DNA of 64,000 bases from Octopus sinensis (GCF_006345805.1 NC_043006.1:101432001-101496000), one strand, 5' to 3'. Counted from the first letter of the stretch, positions 1 to 11,157 are shown. Notes: generated by a model from the letters alone, not told the origin. A program made the numbers and translations.

Positions 1-56
1 ATGGCCCACGATTGTCAGTTGAATTGCTATTTGTATATTACATGTATTCATATAAT

Positions 57-204
57 CTACATTATTTACATCAGGCGGATATTTGTCCTCATCTTCTTTG
101 TTGTTAACACAACATTTCGGCTGATATACCCTTCAGCCTTTATCAAGTGTCATGAGGAAATTTCAAACTTGGGTTCTCATTCCTAAGGTATTTTTCGATG
201 TTGT
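57..204 (-). mobile_element. Inverted copy of a Penelope-type terminal repeat (pLTR-like)
   Basis: Reverse complement of about 605-735 (atttgtcctcatctt..ttgttgttaacaca..tttcggctgatatacc..cctaaggtattttt); this copy keeps a 17-nt segment missing from the + copy. Confidence 0.85.
106..151 (-). ncRNA. Degenerate minimal type I hammerhead ribozyme motif
   Basis: Minus strand GACAC-TTGATAA-A-GGCTG/CAGCC-GAAA-TGTT-GTGTT. Stems I and II pair; the core has two changes from CTGATGA. Confidence 0.6.
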
Positions 205-490
205 TGTTGTTGATGACACCTTTATACTCTGGCCCCACCAGGAAGATGTCCAAGTGCTGTTAGATCATATGAACTCAATAAATCCATCCATACAGTTCAC
301 AATGGAAAAGGAAAAAGACAATCAGCTAGCATTCTCGGACATATTAATAACACGCACCAAGTATAGATTCAGGACATCTGTATACCACAAGCCAACCTTC
401 ACTGGACAATACCTAAACTTCATTACCCACCATCCATACAGTGTAAAGAGAGGGATTGCTCAGTGCTTAAAACATTGAGCAAAGAATATA
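205..490 (+). mobile_element. Penelope-like element reverse transcriptase/thumb fragment
   Basis: Translation VDDTFILWPH..LDHMNSINPSIQFTMEKE..LAFSDILITR..FRTSVYHKPTFTGQYLNFITHHPYSVKRGIAQCLKH matches the (Y)VDD..IQFT.E.E..VY.KPT..HHP signature of PLE RTs. Confidence 0.9.
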
Positions 491-497
491 AGTAGAT

Positions 498-772
498 CAT
501 ATGGTGTAGTAGTTAAGAGCGCAGGCTACTAACCCCAAGATTCCGAGTTCGATTCCAGGCAGTGACCTGAATAATAATAATGATAATAATAATAATAATG
601 ATAATAACATCAAAAAATACCTTAGGAAATTTCCCCAAGACACCTGACGAATGCTGGAAGGTATATCAGCCGAAACATTGTGTTAACAACAAATAAGATG
701 AGGACAAATATCTGTCAAATGTAAATAATGTACATAATTCCTCATCTCTTAAATATAGAATTGTATTCATAT
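498..772 (+). mobile_element. tRNA-headed element with (TAA)n spacer and PLE-type hammerhead-bearing 3' end
   Basis: A-box-like TGGTGTAGTAG at 502-512, B-box GAGTTCGATTCC at 545-556, (TAA)n at about 570-607, then pLTR-like sequence homologous to 57-204. Confidence 0.75.
639..684 (+). ncRNA. Minimal type I hammerhead ribozyme motif
   Basis: GACAC-CTGACGA-A-tGCTG(gaaggtatat)CAGCc-GAAA-CATT-GTGTT. The CUGANGA and GAAA core is intact; stem III is CATT versus an inferred consensus CGTT. Confidence 0.7.
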
Positions 773-799
773 TATCATTCCCAAAAGTGGTTCAGATTA

Positions 800-1195
800 A
801 AAAGGGATGTCATTGTGAATTAATATCCAGAACTGTCTTTGATGCCAAGATGAAAGAGGCTTGGAAATGTTACAATGTGAAGTTATGAAACTAAGATTTC
901 ATGAGAGAGAGGATACTCCAAATAGATCCAACTGTGAGATCAGCTACTGAAGTTAACAGCTATATGGCAGAAAGCAGAATTATTGATATGAAATCAGGGA
1001 AAGCAGCTACACCAAAGGAGTAAATCTCTCAAATGCTGAATATATCTGGCTACTGAATGCTCAAGCTTGCCATTAGCTTTGTCTATCAGGCTATAGAGAG
1101 ATGTCATACCTAATGACTGGTATAGCAATGGTACTATCAACTGTAACAAGGGCATATGGAATGCTCTAGAAAGAATCACCATATGCAGTTATCTG
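800..1195 (+). mobile_element. RTE-clade LINE RT fragment (degenerate)
   Basis: Frames give KEAWKC.., IDMKSGKAATPKGV and VIPNDWYSNGTINCNKGIWNALER, resembling the RTE RT domain 0-2 region. Confidence 0.75.
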
Positions 1196-1508
1196 AACAC
1201 GGAAATGGTGGATGTATCTGGTGCAGTAGAATATGTGCTATTATGTCCTACCTCACTGTAGTGGAACACACTAGTTGTGGTGGCGGCAGTAGTACAGGTA
1301 GTTGCTGAGTGGAAAGGATAAAATTTATTGAAGTATTCATCAATTAAATGATTGGTGAATCCTGAAAAGGTTGCAAAGTAGCTTTGTCAATGAGGTTGGG
1401 TTGTATTGGGAGGTGTGTTGCCCAGTAGTTGGCTTAGCATTAGTTTGATCATCTGCTTCAAGGACAAGGAGATTCTTTAGAAAGAAGCAACTTCAGAAGA
1501 TTAAAATT

Positions 1509-1680
1509 CATCATCATCATTCAACATCTGTTTTCATGCTGGCATGGTTTGGATAGTTTGACAGGAGCTGGCCAGGCTCCAGTTGTCCATTTTGGCATGG
1601 TTTCTACAGCTGGGTGCCCTTCCTAATGCCAACCACCTTACAGAGTGTACTGGGTGCTTTTTACATGGATCAAGTTTATT
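1509..1680 (-). mobile_element. SINE/LINE 3' fragment with (GAT)n tail (family C)
   Basis: (cat)n..ttttcatgctggcatgg..tttctacagctgggtgcccttcctaatgccaacc is shared with other family C copies. Confidence 0.75.
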
Positions 1681-1834
1681 CAAGTATCAGCACAACTGAT
1701 TAAGAAGACAATTAGCTTAAATGAGATGCAGTTTAGGATTGTGCTGTGAAGGGGGCACGACCCATTCACTCTGCCTCGTGAGAAAACTGTGGGAACAGTT
1801 CTAGTCTTAGCCCTTTAACAATCAGGTTACTCAG

Positions 1835-2015
1835 TTAAATGTAATACTGGTTTATTCACATTGTTTTTAGTTAATTATGCATTACCTTGTAGTATGAAGA
1901 TTTCGATGATGTGATTGTTTATTTTTAGAATAACATTGTAGAGCAGGTGTGAGAGTCCTATCTGGTTGGTTTGAATATTTGGGACTGGATATGGCCAGCT
2001 TAAATGCTAAAAGGT
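1835..2015 (-). mobile_element. TTAA-type MITE, family P1 (degenerate)
   Basis: Homologous to 22072-22292; ends ggatatggccagcttaaatgctaaaaggTTAA. Confidence 0.7.
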
Positions 2016-2410
2016 TAATTTAAACATCTCTAACACGGAAAGTTCTTTGTCCAGGTATCATACATTGTAGCCTGGTACACACTTATAGATGTATGCATGT
2101 CTTTGCCCGATGGGCTTGTATGTGGGTGTGTACCCGGTTGTAGATGTATAAAATGTCTGTCCATGTGTTTTTTAACAAAACTAATTAGCAAACAAAATTT
2201 CTTAACTTTTTATAATTAAAGGAAAGTTCTAATTGCAAAGATTTCTTTGCAGTTAGAACCCTTCTTTAATTATAAACTGTCCTCTCACTTGCCTGTAATC
2301 ACAAATTTCACTGTACCCTTTCCATATAGTTTAATCCTATCAACCAGATTATGATCTCCTGCCATTCTTTTTCTTCTCCACTCATTAAAATTCTTGTTGC
2401 TTTAAAACTC

Positions 2411-2424
2411 TGTGTGTGTGTGTT

Positions 2425-2457
<33 letters not shown>

Positions 2458-2480
2458 AAGAAAGAAAGAAAGAGAGAGAA
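2411..2480. repeat. Compound (TG)n(AG)n(AAAG)n microsatellite
   Basis: Direct read of the sequence. Confidence 0.95.
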
Positions 2481-3230
2481 ATTAGCTCACCAAAATAATC
2501 CCACTGTAAAGTGAGGCTGGGATTTTCAACTCTTAATTGAGCATTTGCTGTATCTCTTTTCCTCTACTATCATGAAAGTTAACGTCTCATTTATTTAATA
2601 TCAAAAGAGGAAAAAAAAAAAAACACAATTGTAACAATATTGTATTACATTTCTAACCATCAAGATCACTGTCTTTATTGCCACCTCAGTCACCCCTGCC
2701 ACCCCTCCATCCTCATCATAATCATCATTCCTTTTAAATTGGTTTTTGGTGGATATGCCTGGTCATGTACTGCATCATGCTATATGTCAGAAGTTCTAGG
2801 ACAGTGGCTAAAACCTCATAACATTTTTGAACATGTGCAACGGAGAGAAGGATTGGAGAGATTGGGAACGGCAGAGGTGTGAGGTGGTTGCCCAGCAGGT
2901 TGTGGGTAGAGGCAGCAGAAGAAGAAATAGACTTAGATGTTAGCTTTTAGGCTAATTGTAGATTTATTCAACGTTTAACACAAACAGCAGATTTAGTGAG
3001 ATTATGAAATATCTTGTCATGAAATTGTAAATGTTTTCTTATCTAGGTCAGCCAGCGTCCTGCTTTTCAAATGGCAAATCATAACCTCTCATTAGGTCAA
3101 TTAACGTAAATAACAGCTGTCGGACAATTTCAGTTTTATAGGTTGTCATAATAGTGGTGGTGGTGGTGTTACAGGTAGAAGCTGAGTGGAAATGATAATA
3201 CCACGAAAGTATTCATCAATCAAATGGTTG

Positions 3231-3423
3231 TTTTAGTCATTTGACTGCGGCCATGCTGGAGCACCACCTTTAGTCGAGCAAATCGATCCCAGGACTTATT
3301 CTTTGTAAGCCTAGTACTTATTCTATCGGTCTCTTTTGCCGAACCGCTAAGTGACGGGGACGTAAACACACCAGCATCGGTTGTCAAGCAATGCTAGGGG
3401 GACAAACACAGACACACAAACAT

Positions 3424-3484
<61 letters not shown>

Positions 3485-3650
3485 TACGACGGGCTTCTTT
3501 CAGTTTCCGTCTACCAAATCCACTCACAAGGCTTTGATTGGCCCGAGGCTATAGTAGAAGACACTTGCCCAGGATGCCACGCAATGGGACTGAACCCGGA
3601 ACCATGTAGTTGGTTAGCAAGCTACTTACCACACAGCCACTCCTGCGCCT
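3231..3650 (-). mobile_element. tRNA-derived SINE, family A, near full length
   Basis: On the minus strand: head ggcgcaggagtggctgtgtgg..gggttcagtccc, internal (TA)n/(CA)n tract, 3' body ending ggccgcagtcaaatgac. Confidence 0.9.
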
Positions 3651-4227
3651 ATTTGATAATTTGATAATTTCTGAAATACAAAGAGTGTATAGTATTAATA
3701 TAATAATAATATTGGAGGATTTCTAGTTTTCATTTCTTTTTCTATTTTCTTCTATATGAATTCCTGAGAAAGCCAAGCTCCGATGTCTGCCGTCAGGCGC
3801 TGCGATAAAAACAGGGCATATTATTTCTGATAATTGTTATCTACAGCAGACTTCCACTAAAATTGCTTGACATTGTTCTACTTTTATAAAATTGTAAAAT
3901 ACTGTTTCTTTACTTCAACTTGCCTCTCATTGTATTGAATTTGCAGAGATTAGTATTTCAATCATCTACTGAAACATTTATCTGTGGTGTGCAGGCATAA
4001 CTGCATGTATAGTCCCATTGTGTGGCTCCTTGGGCAAGTGTTTTCTACTATAACCCTAAGCTGAGCAAACACATCTGAGTGGATTTGGTAGATAGAAAAT
4101 GAAAGAAGTCCACTGTGTATGTTTGTACATGCACACACACACACATGCATGTGTCAGGGTGAGTGTGGATGCATTTGTATGTTTCTTTTGTCTTGACATT
4201 TCCCTGTTAATTTATATTCCAAACATC

Positions 4228-4296
4228 AGTGACAGATATCTATATATATTAGTGACAGATATCTATATATATTAGTGACAGATATCTATATATATA
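4228..4296. repeat. 23-bp tandem repeat, three copies
   Basis: agtgacagatatctatatatatt at 4228, 4251 and 4274; the third unit overlaps the Helitron 5' end. Confidence 0.95.
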
Positions 4297-4789
4297 AAAC
4301 TCTAGTTGTGTAAGTGTCTGTCCCCTTCGATTTAGATTCCTAACTCCTCCCACATTTTGCGGTGCAGTTTAACCAAATTCGGGTATCTTATAGTCGTGAT
4401 TCATATCGAGCCCGTCTGACTATTAGCGCGCGTCAACGATGAGTCTACGATTTTAAAAATAATTTAACATCATTTTTTATTCCATTTTAATGCATAAAAT
4501 GCATCGTATGTCGATGGCGGCGGAGTTGGCGTCCATGCTCACAGCTGCACCTGTTTGCTTCTCCCCCTTCCCTCCCTCGTGAAGCTGTGGGGAAGGGAGT
4601 GTAAAGAAATCAACGTCGTAATGCGTGTGAAGGAAACCAGCATTCTGTTAGAACAACGACTTCATGGCTTGAAGACACCAAAACAAAAATGGCTAAGAAA
4701 GCCCGAATTTATAAGGGAAGTAACTCTCTAAAAATGCTTATATAGTTATTTCCCTTAGAAACCCGAGCAACGCCGGGCGATACTGCTAG
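4285..4789 (+). mobile_element. Non-autonomous Helitron-type element, copy 1
   Basis: 5' TCtatatatataaa; 3' hairpin cccg-agcaacg-ccggg followed by CTAG; no TSD. Confidence 0.8.
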
Positions 4790-5188
4790 TCTTTATATAT
4801 AAAAGTGAGGTGGCGTGCTGTCTGTCTCCTACGATTTAGATTCCTAACTACTCCCACATTTTGCGGTGCAGTTTAACCAAAACCAGGTATCTTATAGTCG
4901 TGATTCATATCGAGCCCTTCTGGGTATTAGCGCGCGTCTACGATGAGTCTACGATTTAAAAAAAAATTTACCATCAATTTTTCCCATTTTTTAATGCATT
5001 TTTGGCATATATAAGGGAAGTTACTCTCTAAAAATTTATTATTAAATCTCAGAACGTAAAAAGCTACAGTAACACCCCTCCCCTTTGTGGTTAGCCATAT
5101 TGAGATGGCTATTATACTTTACATCTCTAAAAATGCTTATATAGTTATTTCCCTTACAAACCCGAGCAACGCCGGGCGATACTGCTAG
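4790..5188 (+). mobile_element. Non-autonomous Helitron-type element, copy 2 (head-to-tail with copy 1)
   Basis: 5' TCtttatatataaa; about 170 bp near-identical to copy 1 (cgatttagattcctaact..gagtctacgattt); same 3' hairpin and CTAG. Confidence 0.8.
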
Positions 5189-5206
5189 TATTTCAATAAA
5201 TTCTTC

Positions 5207-5362
5207 ATAGGTGCAAGAGTGGCTGTGTGGTAAGAAGCTTGCTTCCCAACCATATGGTTCCAGGTTCAGCCCTGCTGCATGGCACCTTGGGCAAGTGTCT
5301 CAGTGTGACCAAATCCTTGTAAGTGGATTTGGTAGGTGGAAACTGAAATAAGCCCATTACCC
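5207..5362 (+). mobile_element. Family A SINE, 5' part
   Basis: ggtgcaagagtggctgtgtggtaag..ccttgggcaagtgtc..ggaaactgaaa. Confidence 0.8.
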
Positions 5363-5402
5363 CACCCCATATGATGATGATGATGATTTATATATATATA
5401 TA

Positions 5403-5429
<27 letters not shown>

Positions 5430-5437
<8 letters not shown>

Positions 5438-5860
5438 TTCATTCCTCCAGGGCATGATGTTAATAACCCACAAACATATTTCTCCTCATGCGTTTTGAGT
5501 ATTGAAAGTGTAGCAGACTCTTTCAAATCTTTTTCAAAATTGCACCTGTTTGATGCAAAATGTTTGGCAAGTTCTATCGAACTACTGCTATTGTGCTTGA
5601 CGTCATATCTGTGCCCAGTGAATCTTTTAAGTGTTCTACTGTACAACCAACATAGATCAAGTCGTCCTTTGAGCATTCTGCCATGTACACCAAATGGGAA
5701 TCTCTACATGTCCCACCTTCTGTATAAATCATAACATTTCTGTTATGATTCCTGAGAGAATTCACTTGACTCATGCTTTTGCACAATGAATAGTGCTTAC
5801 CTATTTTGCAACTGTTTTTCGAGGTACATCGTGCAGATACTCCAATGTTAGTTTTCTTGA
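5430..5860 (-). mobile_element. Penelope-like element GIY-YIG endonuclease fragment (frameshifted)
   Basis: ..CRDSHLVYMAECSKDDLIYVGCT..TLKRFTGHRYDVKH..LAKHF..HEEKYVCGLLTSCPGGMN: VY..YVG motif, RF..H, and a C-terminal P.GMN; Cys-rich linker upstream. Confidence 0.85.
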
Positions 5861-6499
5861 AGCCAGAATTAGAAATTAATAGTTCTCTTATATTTTTATT
5901 CTATTTAAAGGCTACAATAGGTGACTGAGGAAATATTTGTTTGAAACAAGGATTTGCTTCTTTTTTGCAACATGCTGGTAACTTTCATGCAACACTTTTG
6001 AAATGCCAGTGAAATTTCAGTGCTAGTTAATCACTAAAGGAATTCTGTCACATATTGTACTGTGTTTGCCAAAATCATGCGTGAAGGTTTGGCTTTCTTT
6101 GCTAATCAGAGCTATGTTATTAGGTATTTCTTTTAATCATGATTCACTGTAACCGCGTTTGACATAACGGTGTACAAAAGCATTTGCATGTTTCCAGTAA
6201 TCCCGTGTCAGTACAAATCCATTTTATCCTCAAAAATTAGTTTCGTTAGACCCCAGGGTTGAGTCCAATCCTAGGTCAATGGATTTTGTACAAATCAGAA
6301 AATGAGAAATTGACATTTTTATCAATTAAAAAGCTTAATTTTCATGCTAAAATCAAAAGCCATTTATCATTTCTGGAAACATGCAAACTATAAGAAGTTA
6401 TAGCGGATGGTCTTACATCAAATATACTGATGTGTGCCTCACAGCTCGACAATTCATTGCCTCAAAAGTTTAAATTGATTGGTGAGAGCAATTCATTTC

Positions 6500-6781
6500 A
6501 TATAATGGATTTGGAAGACAAAAACTGAAAGAAACCCATCATATATATGTGTGCATGTGTCTGTGTTATTCTCCCCCACCCCCAGTTACTGCTTGAAAAT
6601 CAATGTTGGTGTGTTTACGTCCCCTGCAAGTTATCAGTTCAGCAAAAGAGACCGATAGTATAAGTAATAGGCTTTAAAAAAAATGAGTTTTGGGCTGATT
6701 TGTTCAATTAAAATCCTTGTAGCCGGTGCCCCAGCATGGTCACAGTCTAATGGCTGAAACAAGTAAAAGATAAAAGATAAG
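6500..6781 (+). mobile_element. Family A-related SINE, 3' part (degenerate)
   Basis: aactgaaagaaaccc..gtgtttacgtcccc..aaaagagaccgatag..cagcatggtcacagtc..(aaaagat)n tail. Confidence 0.8.
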
Positions 6782-7144
6782 ATTGTAACATCCATCCTAC
6801 TTTGGGTTCAACAGTTCTACAAATTTTGAATATTTGTAGACATGAGAAGAAATGGTGAAGACTGATCCTCAGAAAACTGAATGTTGCAAAAAAGGGATGA
6901 CAAGGGACTGTGGTAAGTGGTAAGACAATGTGGTGAAAAAACTCGTCCAACATATGCAAACATGGTAAACAGATATAAAAATGATATAGCAGTGTAATTA
7001 AGTAACCACATGTTTCTAGTTGATCCCAATACATATCTCACTTTGGTAAAGTGCCTTCTAACCCTATGCTCAGCTCAATCAAAATTTTATTTGTGACATT
7101 TGGTAGACTGGAAACTATACTAAAGCCCATTGTGTGAGTTTGTA

Positions 7145-7295
7145 TCATCATCATCAGAATCTTCTTCATCATCATCGTCAAACATCTGTTCTCCATGCTG
7201 GTATGGGTTGGATGGCTTGACAGGAGTTGGCTTGTCAGAAGATTGTGCAAATCAATTTTGGCATGGTTTTTTTACAGCTGGATGCACTTTCTAAC
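7145..7295 (-). mobile_element. Family C 3' fragment
   Basis: (cat)n..ctccatgctggtatgggttggatgg..ttacagctggatgcactttctaacacc. Confidence 0.7.
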
Positions 7296-7831
7296 ACCAT
7301 CTACTATATATATAGTATTAATAAAATAGGAGATGGAATATGTAATAGACTGTGCCACTGCTTTACTCATCATCTAGTTATACATTTTGTACAATTTCTC
7401 CATTATATATATATATATATATATAATATATATATATCAGAGATAAATTAGTGTGGTAAACAAAATCAAGATTTGGTATATAGTCTGGTATGTTTTTTTA
7501 TGCCAAGGAGGATTTAACTATTCATTGTTTGTAGCATTGATAAAATATTTGTACCTAACTACTAGAGCTCATATAATCAAATCAAATATTTGAGGACAGT
7601 TTCTTGGTGTAGCTGCAGTCCAATCAGAAAGTGTTGATATTTAGACAGCAATGTGGTAATTACCTTGAAGGAATTATTGCAGTCTATCTGAGGAGCAAGT
7701 TGCTATTCTTCTTCTATTTGAACATTAACTGTATTAACTTCACACATTTGTTTCTGTCTTTCCTTGTTTGTTATGGAAAAGGCAGTAGGTGAGATAAATG
7801 GTTTTTACTAGCAATATATTACAGTACTTAA

Positions 7832-8180
7832 TGTGGCTAGCTGGCAGAATCGTTACTTTGCCGGGCAAAATGCTTAGTGGCATTTTGTCTGTCTTTACGT
7901 TCTGAGTTCAAATTCTGTCAAGATCAATTTCTGCTCTTCATACTTTCAGGATCAATAAAATAAGTACCAGTTGAGCACTGTGATCAATCTCATTGACTTC
8001 TACTCTCTCCCAAAATTGCTGCCTTTGTGGCAAAATATGAAACGATTATTATTATTATTATTCCGCTGAGGTCATCATTGCCTTTCATCCATTCTGGGTC
8101 AATTAAGTGAGTATCAGTTGAACACTGGGGTTGTTGTAGTCAACTCATCATCTCCTCTGAAATAAATTGCTGGCCTTGAA
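7832..8180 (+). mobile_element. Two tandem SINE copies, family B
   Basis: ggctagctggcagaatcg..ttctgagttcaaatt..core tcatactttcaggatcaataaaataagtacc..(att)n tail, followed at once by a second partial copy. Confidence 0.75.
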
Positions 8181-8199
8181 ACTACTATATTACAGTATT

Positions 8200-8450
8200 T
8201 AATCTTAGGGCAGCAGAGATATTTATAGTTGAAGAGTCAGAAAGAGGAGACTGTGTAGTTGAGGGCACATTGCTGATGTGTATTGATGATGAGTAAAAGT
8301 GTATCTTTTAGGTTTATTATGGTGCATTACGTAGCTTTTTTCACATTTTTGTCAATAGCAGTGTTAGGCGAATTTGTAACTTACATTAAGTCAGCATATG
8401 TATATTTCTTAGCATCCACAAGTGGGGTATTGGCAATATTGTTCAAATAT
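8200..8450 (-). mobile_element. Possible LINE RT fragment
   Basis: Minus frame LYLNNIANTPLVDAKKYTYADL resembles the LYIND..YADD motif; highly degenerate. Confidence 0.4.
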
Positions 8451-8640
8451 AGGTGCAGTCATGACTTTGTGACAAGGATCTTGCTTCCCAGCTATATGGT
8501 ACTGGGTTCAGTCCCACTGAGGAACACCATGGGTGAGTGTCTTCTACTATGGGCAAGGCTGACCAATACCTTGTGAGCAGATTTAGTAGACAAAAACTGA
8601 AAGAAACCTGATGTGTTTATGTGCTTGTTCCCCACCAACA
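8450..8640 (+). mobile_element. Family A SINE, 5' part (degenerate)
   Basis: gggttcagtcccactg..gagtgtcttctactatg..aactgaaagaaacc. Confidence 0.7.
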
Positions 8641-8705
8641 TCTGGTGTTGAAATTGGTTTCTGAGTAAGGAACACAGCCAGTAATACTGAGAAAAGTATA
8701 AAGCA

Positions 8706-8915
8706 GCATGTTGGCAGAATCCTTAGCATGCCGAGCAAGATTCTTCTTGGAATTTGGTCCATCTCTACATTCTGAGTTCAAACTCCACCAAGGTTGACTT
8801 TGCCTTTCATCCTTTCAGGGTCCATAATATAAGTACCAGTTGAGCAATGCGGTCAATTAATTGACTTGGCTCCTCTCCCAAAACTGCTGGCTTTGTGCTA
8901 AAATTTAAAACCAGT
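8706..8915 (+). mobile_element. Family B SINE
   Basis: ttggcagaatccttagcatgccg..ttctgagttcaaac..gttgactttgcctttcatcctttcaggg..aagtaccag. Confidence 0.8.
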
Positions 8916-10869
8916 ATTTAGAAAAGGATGCTAGTTACCTTAATATAGCGGTTCAATAAGAGACCGATAGAATTAGTACCAAACTATAAAGAACAATAAA
9001 TACTGAAATTGATGTGGTCAATTAAACCCTTCAAGGTCTACAGTCCAGTGACAGAAACAAGTAATAGATAAACGCTAAAGGATATCAGATAAATTGCTTA
9101 CAATCCTTCATGTTCTGAGATCAAATCCCACCAAAGTCGATTTGGTTTGTCATCTTTTGTAATCAACTCTCTCTCCCTCTTACTGCCAAATTTTTAGCCT
9201 TGTGCAAATATCAGAGATCAGTAGTTTCTGACCTTGAGAAGGAAATCTGATATTTCTGATGCATACTTGGTGTATGGAGATGTGTAACCACCACAAATTG
9301 TTATCTGAAACAAGAGAGGCCAGTATATGTAGAGTGTGTGATAGCTTTAGTCATATTGCCGGTAGTATTGGCAGCCGTGAACAGGTTTCCTTGAAAATAT
9401 TTAAATATTTTGGATTGTTTGAAACACTAGTTGAAACCAATCTAACCATTTGACCATTGCTTCTCTCTGCTACTGTTCTTTTGTTTTGTTGTCACAAATT
9501 AATTTTCAATTTGAATTCCATTTTTTTTTTCTAAACAAAAAGATGTACTTGAAGGTTTTTTTTTTGTGTATGTGCAAGTAGGTGTGTGTGTGTAACCAGC
9601 ATAAATTTGAAGTACTTTCAATGTCTTTAGACTTGAATGCTACTTGATGCTAAATTACAACAGTGAATAGTAACAAAACACTTTATCCTATGAGTTTTAA
9701 TCAGTTTGACAAAGTGGAGACATTTGAAAAAAAAAAATATAAAATAAAAAGTATTTTTAAAATTCTTTTTTACATCTGTAAACTTGTTTCTCTCAGAAAA
9801 CAATTTAAAAGTGTTATTGACTTTAGTTTTGGCATTTTGATTAAATAAAATCTAAATAATAATTCTGCATTAAAATAATCTGTTTTATTTACAGCTACCT
9901 CTCACTGTTCTGTTTGCCATCTGAGCTGTTTTGAATGTTTTATATGACTTTCCTATGTTAGCATGTGTTGAAGGTCCTTTGTTAGAGAAGCTGCATTTAA
10001 AGCAGTAACCATTTCAGTTCGGTGAATTAGAATCTATAGACTCTAAACTGAGCCAAGCTGAGTTATTTACTTTGTCCAGAAGCAATAATTCAATAACTAT
10101 AAAATTGTCTGAAATGGAAACTGTCTGGGCTGACACAGCCATGGTATCTCAAATACGATACAATAGCTGCCGTGGTTGTTCTGGAAGTATATTAGTTAGA
10201 AGAGGCAGACGATGTTTAAGTTTCCACGGTTGGCAACAAACACTTACTCTGGGTAGAAGACAGATTATGAAACATGTAAGAATTATGGTGCTATATTATA
10301 GTGAGGCATGAGTATGTAAGTCTGGTAACAAGCGAAAATAAATGAACTTGGTATATATAAATTTGGTTGAGAAATATCAACTTGCATTGAAAGGTATAGC
10401 ACCAAAAAAAAAAAAAAAAAGAAAAAGCAGTGCATTAAAGATATTATCTTGTGTGCTACAGAAGTATTTGCACTGACGTGCCATGTAATATAAATGTAAA
10501 ACTCATGCTCGATGTAAAAGCATTGTTAGCTTTTAATAAATGGATCTAATGACAATGCAAGACATAAAACGAATCTGATAATATTGAATAAACATAGTGT
10601 AAACTCAGTGCTGTGAGAATATAGTTTATAGACGGAAAAAATGGTAAATCTGGTTCTGTTTTCAAAACTTTATCATCACTAATACTTTTAAATACAATGA
10701 TGATAGATAACACAAAGCAAAGGTTCTGTTCAGCTAATAGATATCATTGCAATATATGTGAACAAATAAACTATTTTAAAACTGTTTCACTTAAATTCAG
10801 TTTCTTTTTACCATCCGTGTGTTATCAACATTATATACACTCACCTTCCCACTTGGCATGTTTGTGCAT

Positions 10870-11100
10870 GTATGTGTGTAAGTATATTTATATGTATGTA
10901 TATAAATATATATGTATATATATATATATATACATATGTATAGATATATATAGATATGTATATATAGATATGTATATATAGATATGTATATATAGATATG
11001 TATAGATATATATGCATAGATATATATGTATATATATATGTATAGATATATATATATGTATATATATATGTATATATATATATATATATATGTATAGATA
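10870..11100. repeat. Long compound TA/TAGA/TATG microsatellite
   Basis: Direct read; it generates the spurious IY/YI ORFs. Confidence 0.95.
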
Positions 11101-11157
11101 TCATCATCATCATCATCATCGTTTAACGTCCGTTTTCCGCGCTAGCATGGGTTGGAC
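11100..11157 (-). mobile_element. Family C very short 3' stub
   Basis: (cat)6 cgtttaacgtccgttttccgcgctagcatgggttggac. Confidence 0.8.

Noticed and set aside
1275-1355. About 80-bp similarity to 3155-3229
   Set aside because: Short degenerate match, most likely fragments of an unrecognised dispersed repeat.
5800-5855. Minus-strand exon with AG/GTAAGC donor
   Set aside because: In frame with the Penelope endonuclease remnant; explained as transposon sequence.
9945-10060. H/ACA snoRNA-like hairpin followed by AGAGAA
   Set aside because: The second hairpin is not followed by a properly placed ACA box.
10841-10870. Strong minus-strand donor GAAG/GTGAGT
   Set aside because: The upstream sequence is microsatellite, with no acceptor or coding frame.
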